64,000 nt of DNA, from NCBI GenBank assembly GCA_009602725.1, contig WELB01000032.1, positions 550,580-614,579 of the forward strand. Direction: 5' to 3'. The notes under the pieces are model-generated. The model was not told the origin of the DNA. It saw only the letters and a list, made by a program, of their open reading frames with translations, and ran no database searches. Both the position numbers and the translations under genes were made by a program. This DNA comes from Spirogloea muscicola (taxonomy: Eukaryota). This document shows, in pieces, positions 11,454-24,950 of the stretch (positions are counted from its first letter, which is position 1; each line of letters opens with the position of its first letter).

Positions 11454-13481
11454 ATGGACGCGCGGCCGGCCATCACGCGCCGCGCGTTCGCAAGAGTGGG
11501 CCTGCTGGGCAACCCCAGCGACGGCTTCTTCGGCAAGACGCTGTCCTTCGCGCTCGCCAACTTCCACGCCGACGTGACGCTTGCGCCGTCGGAGCGCCTC
11601 TGCTTCCTGCCCCACCCTGTCCACGACCCGCTGGCCTTCGACTCCCTGGAAGCCCTGGTGAGCCGCCCGAGCATACCATTCGTGAGGCCAAGCCCCAATC
11701 AACGACTCGTGCTGCCGCTTCGGCATGGTGAACGGTTGTGACGTCGAGTCGCCCCGTGGCAGCCCAAGCCCTCCGCACCTCTGATGGATGATGCATGGTC
11801 CAATTCGTAGGTGGCCCGCACCCAAGGAGAAGGATACTATGGTGGAATCCGCCTCCTCATGGCTATGTGTTGCAAGCTTCACGCGTTCTGCGCTGCCAGA
11901 GACATAGTCTTAGACACCAGATCAAACTTCTCCATGTCGTACGACACCAACATACCTCGGCAGGTGCTGCTTCACGCCTTGAAGCGCAGTAACTGTAGTG
12001 CAGAAACAAGTATCGACCTCAGCAGTGGCCTGTTTATGGATGTGTACATTGCATGCAAGATTTTTCTTGCTCACACTTACAGCATAGGCGCTCATCAGCT
12101 TAAGTCATTTTCGTTGCGGCCGTCATGCTTATGCAGCAGGTGAACCTTGCATACTCATGTAAGTACAAGATTGTCATCTGTGACCAGACTGGCCTTGCGG
12201 GTTCCAGCGCTATCCTCACTGCTGCTCTACATTGTCTCCTAGACTTCTACAAGATCAAGACGAGTATTCCTCTTGATGATCAGCCAAGCCTGGTACTGAG
12301 TGCAGAGACTGAGCTAGGAATTACTGGTGGGTTGCAAGATCGCGTCATCCAGACATACGGTGGCCTTGTGCATATGGTATGTCAACACGCTAGACTTGTT
12401 CTGGGGTGTAACAGCTTACACTAGCTTGACCCTCACAGTGTCACTACCTTGACTTTCACAGTGACAATCTCTACAAGTAGCATCCTTGCTTGTGTTATCC
12501 TGGACTGTCTGCGGCTACAAGGACATTTCTCATCCAGATGTACTTGTGCTCATTTTCAGCAGCGCTGACAATATCAAGTGTCATCTTTGATGCTTCAGGA
12601 CTTCCAAAAGGAGCACCTCGAGAGAACGGGCAAGGGCATCTACACACCCATGAACCCTTCCTTGTTACCATCTTTGCAGCTGGTGTATGCCAAGAATCCG
12701 AGCGACTCAGGAAAGGTACAGAGCATCAGAACTCACAGCTGATGATAACAGCACAATAGATATATACTTGGGTCGTACATCAGTGTTACTAGAGGGAGCC
12801 TTCACTGCTTGTGCAACAGTCTAGCAAGCCAACCCAGCCTGCTAGATGCAAACTTTTCATAGGCCATGAAGGTGTGACCTTCACATTGGCAGGTTGTTAA
12901 TCCTGTGAAAACTTAAGATGCTACCTAATGTTTATGTACTGCTGCTAATCACTGCAGGCTCACAGCACAGTGAAGGAGAGGTGGCTACAAGGAGATGCAA
13001 GTGTAGCTGCAGCAATGTCAGAATTGGGGGCGCTAGTTGACTCCGGCTGTGTGGCACTTCAACAGCAAAACTGGACACTACTGGCAAAGCTGATGGACAG
13101 AAACTTTGATGTTCGCAGGTCTGATTTCAGCAAAGCACTTTATGGAATCTAGGGCAATATCCACTGACAGCAGGAGTTGCTGTTAAGTAAGCTGCAGGTT
13201 GCAATCCCAGGTTCAGCAAAGATGCATTTTACATGTGCAGGGCTATCTATGGTGATGCTGCCATTGGAGCACTGAACATCAAGATGATCATGACTGCTCG
13301 ATCAGTGGGAGCAGCTGCCAAGTTCACTGGTAGTGGAGGGGCCTGTGTAGTGTTCTGTCCACATGGACAAGCTCAGGTGCAGCAGCTTGTCACTGAATGT
13401 GAAGTTGCAGGGTTTAGTGTTGTAGAGGCGAATTGTGCTGCGTATACACCTAGTCTTGGCGCAGTGTACACTGATCGATGA
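11454..13481 (+). CDS. GLCAK: Glucuronokinase (GHMP kinase family), six exons
   Basis: ARVGLLGNPSDGFFGKTLS, YDTNIPRQ|TGLAGSSA, GITGGLQDRVIQTYGG, NPSDSGK, MDRNFD, AAAKFTGSGGA. Confidence 0.93.
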
Positions 13482-13822
13482 TGCTAGCGGTGCTGTTTGG
13501 CAGTGACATGTCATCAATCAGCAAGAACAATTACTTGGTCTGTGCACTGTGGCAGCCATTGGTAGTGATACATTGTCGTCAATGAGTTGCTTTGACAACA
13601 AGCATCCTTACTATTGTTGCTGAATATTTTAGCATGTACATGTACAACTTGAGCCACTGGCGGTGATAGAAAGCTTGGCAGTTCCAGTAGGGGCTTGTAA
13701 AGAGATAAAAGAATGGTTGTCTTTGCTGATTATCCTGATGTGAGGCTAGAGAAGTGAAGCCGACAGTGGTTTTGCATGACATCTATGGTGGAGAGTACAG
13801 TGAGCCAGGCAAAGAGCTGGCC

Positions 13823-14578
13823 CTAAGTGCTTGTGAACTTGGTAACAGCCTTGGTCCCTTCTGACACGGCATGCTTGGCGAGCTCGCCCGGTAGGATCAG
13901 TCGCACTGCAGTCTGAATCTCCCTGGATGTGATGGTGGGCTTCTTGTTGTACCGGGCAAGCTTAGCCGACTCAGATGCCAGCTTCTGCAGGCAAACGACA
14001 TTGCATATTCAATAAGCTATTTGGTGGCACCAGCTAGTAAGCAGTAGCGGCTAATTGTACCCACATAGAATGTGCATCAGATGCTGCCAGCCTCAACTCA
14101 GAATCTTACCTCAAAGATGTCGTTGATGAACGAGTTCATTATGGACATGGCCTTACTGGATATACCAGTGTCAGGGTGCACCTGCTTCAGCACCTGTACC
14201 AGCAAGTACTCAGATTAGGTTATGCATGCACGTACCACAGTAATACCAGGACAGACACGAACAGCTCCTTGGGACCTTGCCCAAGAGCAATCCCAAAGAG
14301 CTCTGAGACAGACTAGTAGCGAAACACGAGCGCGCAGGCAGCTCAAAGCGCAGATCAAGGAGGAACCAGAAGCTCCTCCAAAGAAGCGGCAAACACGGGG
14401 TGCAGCATACCTTGTAGATGTAGATTTTGTAGGTCTCGATGGCCTTCTTGGAGGCCTTCTTCTTGGCGCCGTCCTTGGCGGGCTTCTTCTCGGCCTTCTT
14501 GGCCACGGCGGGCTTCTTCTCGGCAGCCTTCTTGGCAGCCTTCTGCTCCGCGGGCTCCGCGGCGGCCTTGGGCGCCAT
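13823..14578 (-). CDS. H2B: Histone H2B, copy 2 (exons 14578-14411, 14193-14110, 13984-13823)
   Basis: Nearly the same protein as copy 1, with introns at identical positions. Confidence 0.97.
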
Positions 14579-14819
14579 GCCGGCGGCTGCGAGCTGAGGG
14601 CTAAGGCTACGACGAGCTCTTCTGCAGCCGCCGCGGGAGGAGAGGGCTGCGGAGAAAGCAGGCGGCGGCAGGATTCGAAGCCGCGGCGGTTCAAAGCGAG
14701 GAGCTGGTGCGGGCTGGAACGTCTTGGGGCAACTTTGTAGAGGAAGCGCATAGTGGCCGCCGTTACCTGGGGACTGGGGTTTGGTGGGGGGCAACAACCG
14801 TCCCCGGTGTGTGGTTGGG

Positions 14820-15140
14820 CCGGCCGTGCCATGCGCACCAATGAGAGCGCTGCGTGGCCCTTGCGCCAGGATCGCTGCAACGCAGCCCCTCGCATCGACG
14901 CTCAATGGCATGTGCTCCTTTGCATCGGACGGCGTCTGGGCTCTCTGAGATCACAGCCAATGGCGGAGGTGCGGGCCGGTAACCCCGGATCGCCAGTCGG
15001 CAGCATCGGCGCCGTCCAGTCGGGCCGGCCGGGTGCGTCCGACGGCCGTCGGATGGGCTGCCCAGTCTCTGGGGAGTAAGGGAGGCGAGGTGAAGTGACC
15101 CCGCGGCTTCCGTCTCACAGAAAGCGGCGCCTACTTAACG
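14820..15140. promoter_or_regulatory. Second bidirectional H2B/H4 promoter
   Basis: ccaatgagagcgc at 14838-14850 (exact reverse complement of 6451-6463), a second CCAAT near 14957 and octamer-like cccggatcg at 14984-14992. Confidence 0.55.
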
Positions 15141-15262
15141 CACTCCCTGCGGCTTATTGCCATCGCCACAGAAGTCCTCAGCCTCGCTGGTCTCCCATAC
15201 TCTGCGGCGGCAGCGTCGGCAGCGGCGGCTGTCAGCGGCGGCGGCGGCAGCGCTTAACTTAG

Positions 15263-15586
<324 letters not shown>

Positions 15587-16631
15587 GCAGGGCATTGCTG
15601 CTGCCAGGAACCCTACACCTCCCTTTCCACAGGATCCAGAGATTCCACACCTCCGAGACTTCTCAGACACTTCGTAGCTGCAGGCCCTGCCTGTGTCTGC
15701 TGTGTAACTATGTATATCTGTCAGGCTGGACAACTTGCTGCCATGCTTGCATAACTCTAATGTTGAGTGCAAGGCTCCATATGGAGTCGATCACTTGGTG
15801 TGCTCCTTACTGAAGCACATGTAGTTGGTGGGCTGTATGTGCATTAATGTGGCTAGATTCAAAGGACTTGGTTGTTGCAGCTCACTTAGCTTGCAACACC
15901 AGACATTGGGCCATCGGCCTGTGATGCAGCAACATCAGAGAAAGTTTCCTACTAAAGTCATCAGCATTCTGGATGTTAAAAGTGTCTTCTGTATGTGATT
16001 GAAAATGTACAATGAACTTTGAGATGAATGTGACACGTGAACATGACCCAGCATTGTCGACCATGTCAACTGTCTGAGGCCACCTTACAAAGTCTGCCCT
16101 GTATGACAGCAGGAGTGCACTTCTCAAGGTGCACTCCAGGTACAAATGGATTTAGCCACTTTGTCGTCCACAGCTGCTAAATACCTGCACAATGAATATG
16201 AATGTAAGCTGAGTCAACTGTCTGGAAAAGCCAATCTGGTTGTCTGCAAAGAGCACGATTGCTGAAGATTTTTACAAGTAGCTCCTGCAATATTTGGAAC
16301 AGTGATGTGATATGTGCATGCCCAGAGAGAGTGAGAGTGTATGCAACTTTACCGAGCGGTGTGATGCGATTGTAAGTGATTGCTGGAGGCAGTTGCATGT
16401 GTACAGCATAGCTCAAGTAGAAAGTAATGTCTGAAGTTGCAAATTTGTTAGCAGAGTAGCAGTAATTGGAAAAGGGCAATCATCCTTGTCTCATTCCCTT
16501 GGTCCAGATTACAACCAGGGGAATCTTGCTCTGCCGGACTGTGATACTCCAGCTGTTGTCATGGTTGTATCTCCCTGTTGTATCTGTGCTGGCAATATGT
16601 CAAGTGCACAGCTGCATCTGCCGACCTTTCC

Positions 16632-19600
16632 CTAACGCCTGCGGCCCAAGCCTGCAGCCACTGGCCGCCGCTGGCGTGCGGCGGATCCATACCCAGATCG
16701 AGGGCCCAGAGCGGGGCCAGAGTTACCAAGACCCAGGGCTATAGCGTCTCCTTCTCCAATATCCACCGACCTGCTCAAACTGGGGGGCATTGCCTGCTGA
16801 ATGGGTGCAGGCAGGATGCGGTTGCTGTCCTCATCTGCACGCTCGTTGTATGCAAGCACACGCCGCTTGATGTCCTGCTTTTCTTGAGCATCCTCAGCCT
16901 CCTGCTTGGCAAAGCTCTGAATGAGAACTTCGAGCGACAATGGTAGAGCCCCAGGTATAGAATAGTAAGAGTGCATGCAGGCTTGTGATCGGAATCAACT
17001 TGCTCTCAAGCTGCTAGTAGAGATACTCTTCCTTAACAAGACAAAAAGAATCCGAGTTATTGGGTGTAAAGAGCACGTACTTTGCGTCGCGATGCCTGAG
17101 CAAGAGCAGACTCCTTGGGAATCTTCAGCTGCTTTGCTTGTTGCTTGTTGCCCTTTCTGAAAACCAGCCTGAAAGTCATTGCATTGTCCTTTCTGCCGTC
17201 CATTCCATCAGCCGAGTCTGGGCCGAGTCCAGACCCCACATCAGCATTCCCCCTGGAGCTCTCCAGCAGACTGAGAGGTATGGTCATATTCAAAGGCCGT
17301 GCTCGAGGCTCAAGCTTGCGAGCGTCCAGACTCTCCTGCATGAGTGCCCGCATCTCGCGCTCAAAGGACGCTTCTTCTTCAGGATCCACCACCCGTGCAC
17401 GCTGCACCAGAAGCCAGCAAAACAGCATAGGCAGGTTCAGCTTTGACAATTATCAGCCAATTGCCACGAGTTCCAAGCTACATAGTCCGTCTGCCAACTG
17501 AGAAATTGAGAAGTCCACCTGTTGCCTTAGCTTCACATGATCTTCATTCTCATCCAACACCGGCGGGTGATCATCCCCCTCATCTGTGTCACGGTCTGCA
17601 TCATCTTCCTCGTCCCGCCTGTCTGCAGTGTCTTCCCTGTCGCCCTCCTCCTCGTCATCCAAGCTCGCGATGCTTTCCCTGTCACTATCAGAATCACCTT
17701 CACCCTCTTCCTCGACAGCAGTAAGGGTGGTCTTTGTGCCATTCACTTGTGACAGAGCTGTAGCCGCAGCAGCACCATCATTAGCGGTGGCCTTGGCCTC
17801 CAAAGCTTCTATCTCCGAGACGGCTTGTTGTGCTTCTTCAAAGGTACCATATCGCACAAGCTTTGGCCGTAGCTCCGCGAATAGATCCTAGGTTGGACAC
17901 AAGGAACGAACATGTGAATGTATATGCAGAGTCCGCTGTATCACATCAGGAGGTGCAGTGCATCGAGTCTAGCAGTCTTACCTGTAGGTCAAATTCAAGA
18001 TCAAGCGGAGTTCCGATCTTTGAAAGAATGTAGCGCTGAAAGTAGACGAGGAAATGATCCAGCCGCCGCTTAGTTGATCCACGATCAAAGTATTGACCGC
18101 AGGTCTCGAGTAGCACAATGACCAGCCGAATACGGAAGCAGTCCTCAGGTGGATCTAGTGCTTCTTGCTGCGACAATCACGGTCTCAAGCTACTTGTTAG
18201 AGTCTCATGTGAGGAGACATGTCTACAGTCGTATTGGTATCAGACAAAGCTGAGGAGCAAGGAGAGTGTGAGGCAAAAGAAAGCCAAGCGAAGTCTCAAG
18301 TAGGAAGGCATATTCACATGGCTCACCTCTGGTGTCCCATGACCACAAAAGAGGATGAGATAGAGTGTATCAAAAATGACACCAGAATCAACTAGGCGAT
18401 AATTGTACAGCTCTCCTAAGAAGCGCATTGCTGTAAGCCTGCGCTGTTGCATGCGGTACTTGTTGACTTCAAGGCCAAGTCGAACCTCCTCCAGCAGCTG
18501 GCAGATAGCAACATGATCTAGTATAGCGTCAAATCTAGACCCAAGCAGGTCGAAGCTCATTAAGAAGCCATGATTCCATGTACTTCGAAGCAGCATGCCG
18601 ACATGGCCATAAAAGCGGAGGCTTTCGGCGAGCACCTGGTCAACAACTGCAATGCTGAAAGCGTCATGGTAGCGGCTGAGGCCAGCAGTTAGAGAGGCCA
18701 CCAGATGTACTTGCGAATACTTGCCACGGTGGACCTTCATGAGACATTTGAGCAAGTAGGCCTCACACTGCTGCCATGGCAGCTTCCGGATTTGGCGAAG
18801 GATGCGCTCAATGCTTGTACGGTCCAACTCTACGAAAAGAAGCCTCCGTATGTACTGCGCGACATTTATGGACGTAAGCATTGCTGCCAATTTACCGGCT
18901 CCTCAGCCAGGACAAGCAACAGAAATGCTCTACCTAAAACAAGATGCATATGAGGATGCAGATTGATATGCTGTGCTGATGAGGCACCAACATAATGATG
19001 AGCACAAGATACTGCTATCTTAATGAATGTCCTAAGGAGGCAGCAGGTATCTGAAGCAAGTGTAGCTCGTTGACAGTAATCCCAAGCGTCTGTTGGCTGT
19101 TCTAGCTTACCTGGTGCAGAGCAGGTCGTATCTTGGCTACTCTAGCGGAGCGTTCAGGTGGGCGACATTGATAATATGCATTCTCCACGAGGGTAGATTG
19201 GCGAACATCCAGATTCTTCGCGTTACGCAGACGCATCATAATGTCAAGCATGTTGCCCATGCGCACACTTGTCTCCGGCAGTCGTGCAAAGAACCTCCCG
19301 CTGGTTTCCAGAAGCGCGCACGCTACTTCAATGTTGTGATGGCTGAAGTCGTCCAGACATGCCTGCAGCATGACCAGCTAAATTAGCAACCCTATATGCA
19401 GAAGCATGGCATGTGATGGAGGAGCACATATGAGAGATCCAGTAGAGTACCTTGAGGCAGCTAAACAGTTGGCCTGCATGGGCCACTCTGAACTTTCCTA
19501 GCTCACCCAGAAACCTGATATTGCGAATCCTCACTTCTACGTTCATTTGGTCCTGCACAGGGGTGTGACAGAGTGGCTTCCTCTTAATCCTGTGCATGGC

Positions 19601-22600
19601 TGTCGAAGGACATTGTTGAAGTGACAGTACAGGCCATTTGTCAGGTGCAGGATCGCAACGTAAGATAAGGTGCAGTTGTCCAGGCAACATGGCGACTCCT
19701 CACCTTCTTATTTAAGAGGAAATTGAACTCCTCTTCAAGGAGGGCAAGCAACTGAGGAGCAACATCCTTCATGTAAGCATTGAGAGTGGCTACCATCCGC
19801 GAATAGTAGGGCAACAGCTCCAGAGCTGTGCGAGGGACTGCAAAAAGAGCCCGGACAAGCTTCCTCCTTGCTCCTTTTGAGTTCAAGTAGCAGAATTCCA
19901 CCTAGTAATAGCACCTAGATTCTGTCAGTGCTTCTGTGGTAAGGCTGACCCTCAGCTCTGTACAATCTACAAAAGCTTTGAATTGTGGAAATGGATGAAG
20001 CATTTTGCAAAGCCCCTGAGCTCATCAATAATAACAACTCTCCAGCAGTGGCAAATGAAGCTCAGCATCACCTCCTTCTGCAAGCTCAATCCAACAACAA
20101 ATGGCAGGGATTATTTTAAACACCGTGAGCTGGTCAATCAAATCACGACTGACACACGTTGGCAATCGTAGAAGTAGGTTATCCAGATTTGCTGCATCTG
20201 AGGCCTTAGTCTTCTCCTTCTCCCCTTCCTTCTCGATTTCCTTGTCCTTCTCCTTATCTTTTTCTTCGTCTTTGAGCTTGCCCTTGCTCCTCCCGTCTCC
20301 TGAAGTGCCACTATCACCTTGTTCTTCGATAGTGGTCACGACATTGTCCTTGAGCTCGACAATGCTTTCCTGCCAAGACAGTGGACTTGCATTCAGCCTT
20401 CTATCCTCTGAACGCAACTAACAAACTTGTGCTGAAGCTGTGCTTATGCTATTCTTATGCTCTCTCAAGCACTTGATCCCATCTTGCATCTCTGGAGAAA
20501 ATAACTCGAAGATCTCCAGCACTGAGGCCTTTACCACATCTCTGTCAGTGTTTCGTGGATCACTGTCTCCAAGCAGCACCGCTGGTACTAGGACCCTGGG
20601 GAAGCAGGACAAAAGTAGCTCAGGCCTGCTGGGCTGTAACTTTCACTGAATGCAACACCAGCTGATAATTTGAATCCCAGCTTGAAGGCAAGCAGGTCAT
20701 AGGCGCATAAGTTATTCTATATGCAAAGGACACAGCATTGTAAATGGCAACTACTCTAGGCCTCAATCAACATGATAGTGCCCATGGCAAAAGGTGGTGA
20801 ACCTCAGATCTGGCAAGTCTTCGTAGAATATGCGCGAGTCTTCATCATCCCAAATAGGCTCTAGGACGCGGTCCTTGTTTGCGCCTGGTGTATTGGCTTC
20901 AAGCCCACCTGCAATCCGTGTAGTCCTGCTGTCCTCTGGAAGTGCAGGCATTTCCTTGCTCAGAGCCTCTGCTAGGCTGTACAGGGTGACAACACACGGC
21001 TGTCAAAGTTATCAATGTGTGGCGCTGTATTCAACGACTGACGCTGTACTATTAGATGCTTGTCATCCCAACTTCATTAGAACCGCAGGTACTCGTTGGC
21101 AGCACAAATGCTTAGAAGTATGCAGACATGCAGGATGGTGGTGAAGACAGCTTACGAAGAGACACTCCGGAATAGCTGCTCACAAGCTTTACGCTTACGT
21201 TCATATGCTGCTGTAACTTCCTCATTCAACTCTCCTTTGTTGAGGAGGACTCTTTCATTTTCTCTGTCCTTCTCCCTGAGCAACTGCCAAGTTCGCGTGC
21301 AAATGACATTCAGGTGTCTGAGATGTCAACATGACTCATTCCGAGGCCGACCACCGTCGCCATTCTCCACCAACTGCACCTATCTATCAAGTCACAGACA
21401 GATATGTCTGCATGTGACTATCACTCGCAACGAAGATGAGCTACACACAAATGCCTGACTGATGAGTCATGTTCACGATGGCATACATTGTGCTCATTTA
21501 GGAGGAGTGACAGAGAGTCCTCATAAAATGAGGTGAGGGTCTCCTTAAGCTGCCGCTCTTGCTCCTGTGTAATGCTGAGATCGTCAAAGGTCTGCATCAT
21601 ACAGCTGTTTAATGTAAGTAGTAAAGAAACCATGTCCCAGCATGGAAGAGTGATATATGAGGACACCAGCTTTGCAAGCAACATATGGGTAGGTCCTAAT
21701 CATACGCTTAGTCAGCTTAACCATATGACGCAGACGTCTCAACTGTACCTCCGCCTCTGCTTCATTCGGTTGTATTTTCAAGAGCGGACGGGCATGCCGT
21801 GCAAAGCTGACAAGCAAGGTCATATTTCCAAGAAGGAGATCCCGGTCCTTGTCAGACTTCATGATATCTCTGCTGCTAAGCTCCTTACTGACTGCCACCA
21901 GGATTGCCGCATCATCATAGAGCCCCAGAAAATAAAGCTCAGTAAGCAGCCGCAGAGCACCGCGCTTCCGCACAGTGTTGAGAGCATCTGCCTGTCCATC
22001 TTCAGTCCCGCTTTTGCCAATAGGGATAATCACTTTCACAAGGCTTGGAATTAAGGCTGGGGTAAAGTCTTTGTATTGTTGATGCATGTACACACAAACC
22101 TGTGCGAACGAATTTAGCCAAGGGCACATATCACATAAGCAACACATGCAATCTGCACAAAATGTACTAAAATGGCTTAAGAGAATATCCATGGTAGTTA
22201 TTCTGTTGTAAGTCTCTGATCTGTACATTTAGCGACTCCACTTAGATCTCTTGAAGAGGCATCTGAGTACCCAGCTGGACTCAAGAAGGGGTGGCAGAGT
22301 GCTTAGAGAGTCACCTCCTCCATAAGGTGCAAAGTATCACAGCTTAGTGATTACCTGTGCTGCTGCGTGAATGTCAGCAGCTTTCAATCTAGCCTCACAG
22401 AGTGCAATCACTGCCTCGCTGAGGAACTTGGAAAGGTTGACGGCCTTCAGTTCCTCAAGCAATGACTCCCTCTGCTCTTCGCTGACCTGCCGTAGCTTTT
22501 TGATCACTGCAGTGTTTCGCTTGATGCTAGAGTCCAGATTGCGCAGGCTTGGGAGGTCTGCACCAGCATAGCTCATAGCAGCAGTCAGCACAAGCCTGCT

Positions 22601-22985
22601 GCTCGAAAACAATTGTACGGCTGGCACATGGTTGAGGAGCACTGGTGCCTCCTTTGCGACCACAATTGCATCCTGCCAAGTCATGGTGTTGGCAGCATAC
22701 GGTCAAGTAGTTGGAAAGGGGCACAAGCATGAAACTGCAACAATCCACAGCCGCCAGGCTGCGGCTGGCCAGACATCTGGAGCGAAAGAAGGGCCGCGCA
22801 CCAGGCCGCTGAGGCTTCAGGTTGGCGAGCCTGGCGGCGCGGCGGCTGGCAGCGGCCTCCCGGGCCTCAGCCGCACGGTCCGACGAGCCAGGGGCCTCGG
22901 ACGGCGACTGGGAGAGCGCGTCATCGGGAGCGGGAGCTGCCGCATCGGTGGCGGCGGTGGCGGCGGTCGGGGAGCCCGTCGACAT
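16632..22985 (-). CDS. UPF2: Nonsense-mediated decay factor UPF2, many exons
   Basis: LDSSIKRNTAVIKKLR, EFCYLNSKGARRKLVRALF, YIRRLLF..LRKLPW-like, RFLGELYNYRLVDS, FRIRLVIVLLETCGQYF, an acidic tract and the C-terminal Upf2 region. Confidence 0.95.
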
Positions 22986-23079
22986 GGGGGCGGGCGCACC
23001 ATGCTCGCCCGGCCGCACAGGCCGGCGAGGGCGCTGGGCTGGGACGAGCGAGAAAGAACTAGGCTGCCGACACGGAATC

Positions 23080-23640
23080 AAGTAAGCTCTTCTAACGAGG
23101 GCGAGGGCTGTGAAAAGCCAGCCCGGAAAGTATCGACAAGGTTCGGGTATCACAAGCGCGGCTGTAATAGCCAGCCAGATGCATGCAGAGGTGTTCATGA
23201 CTACGTCTCAGCGTTTAGCCTCTTGCTTCTTGCGTCATCCGGCCCTTTCAGACCTTGTCCCTTCTTTGGGCTGGCCTCTCACAGCGCTTGCTCTCAATTA
23301 GACGAAAGTGCTCGGCCGTAGAGAAGAGGGGCTGGCAAAGCCAGCCTAAAAGGAACGGACAATGTCCAACGCCAAAGACTCAATTTGGACGCACTTTCTT
23401 TTCATGTTAGCGGAGCCACAGGCCAGGCAGAAAGAAAGAAATTGCTCGCCTATGGAAAAAGAGGGGCTAGCAAAGCCCGCCCAGAAAAGAATGGACAATA
23501 TCCAAAGGCCACAAGACGGTGCCGAGAGGGAAAAACAACACAACCTGGCCAGGCAGACAGGGTGGCTGGGAGGCCAGCCCAGAAAGAATCGACAAAGTCC
23601 GAAGGGGCCAGGGAAGTGCTGAAGCGCACACAGCACTAGG
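23080..23640. mobile_element. Stack of CRE-like 3'-UTR fragments upstream of UPF2
   Basis: G-type 23080-23145 (-), B-like 23235-23290 (+), two A-like 23305-23400 and 23430-23545 (-), B-like 23545-23640 (-). Confidence 0.8.
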
Positions 23641-24950
23641 AAGTCAGATGAGCTGAGGGGAAGAGCGAAGCGAGGGCGAGACGCCCCGGGGGGGGGGCCC
23701 AAGATGGCCACTCCCGCGTGCGCTAACCCGTGTGCGTCCGGTGACAGAAGCAAAATGGCTCTCCCCAAGTGTAAACAGCCACCCGGTAGCCGGTTGCACG
23801 CTCCAAACCGTGCTTGTCGGCACCCTTGGGGCCCGCGCTTCCGTTGCGAGACCCCGAGTCGGCTGGCTGGTCAGACAGTTGTGCCGAGCCAGAAGGCATG
23901 TGGGGTCGTCCATGGAAGACAACAGCATCCAGCTAAAGATGCCTGCCTACCCATCCCTTGGGTTGCTGATGCCACATGCGATTTCATACGTGCAACACCT
24001 CATCAGCTCAGGCCATCACCACGGCACAGAATGGACGCAGTAAATAGCCAGATGTATGCACAGGAGCAGGTACTGGTAAACCAGGCACATGCGAATCTGC
24101 AACCTCCTTGCTTGCTTGGGCCACCCCTCTTGCACTCCTCTACAACCCCTCCAGTTACAGCCCCTAACTCGCCCTGTGCGCTGCAGCTGCAGCCACTTTC
24201 CTTAAAGCCCTGACACTTAACGGTGTGCACAACTGGATGCACGGCCTTGATAAGAATCTGTTCTCCTTGCTGAAGGGCCATGACAATCTTGCTATTCGCC
24301 CAATGGCTAGGGACCCAATGTGTCCAAAGGTGGTCTGTTAGGCATTGTCTTTCCACGGCGATTGGTAAAGCATCCATGATGTCCATGTGGTAGTCACTAG
24401 TCCTACAATTAGCACACAGAGCTACAGGTGCTCAGCACGCTCACAAAGTAGATTGGCATCAACAAGAAGAGTTAGCCATCAGTATGCTAGGGGGCCAGTG
24501 ATTGCGCTAGTGGCTATATTGCTGTTAGATGTGTGTGCTCTGCGGACGTTGGGGTTGATATCCATAATGCTGAGCCTCAAACTATCAGAACGTCTGATAG
24601 AAAAGCTAAGACCCGTACGTACTATAAATTTCCCAGCTCAAGGCAGCAATCCCTTACCAATTGGCACAGGCACTGTACAGATGTACAAGGTTGCTCCTTG
24701 TGCTGCAAATGATTCATTAATTAATGTAAGCCATCGAGCCTGCCAAAGCATGATCAGCCGCACTTTCAGTGAGCCTCTCTACTCTACCTGTATTATACCA
24801 GAATGAGAATAGCAAACACAGTACAAGGCGTGACAAGCAAGCAGAGCTCGTGATTGCTTCCTGAGAAGCATATCCTGCAATTTCTACGTGATGAACAAAA
24901 TAGGCATGAAGCAACAAGCAAAACATGCTTTCCACGGCCATCCGACCTGT

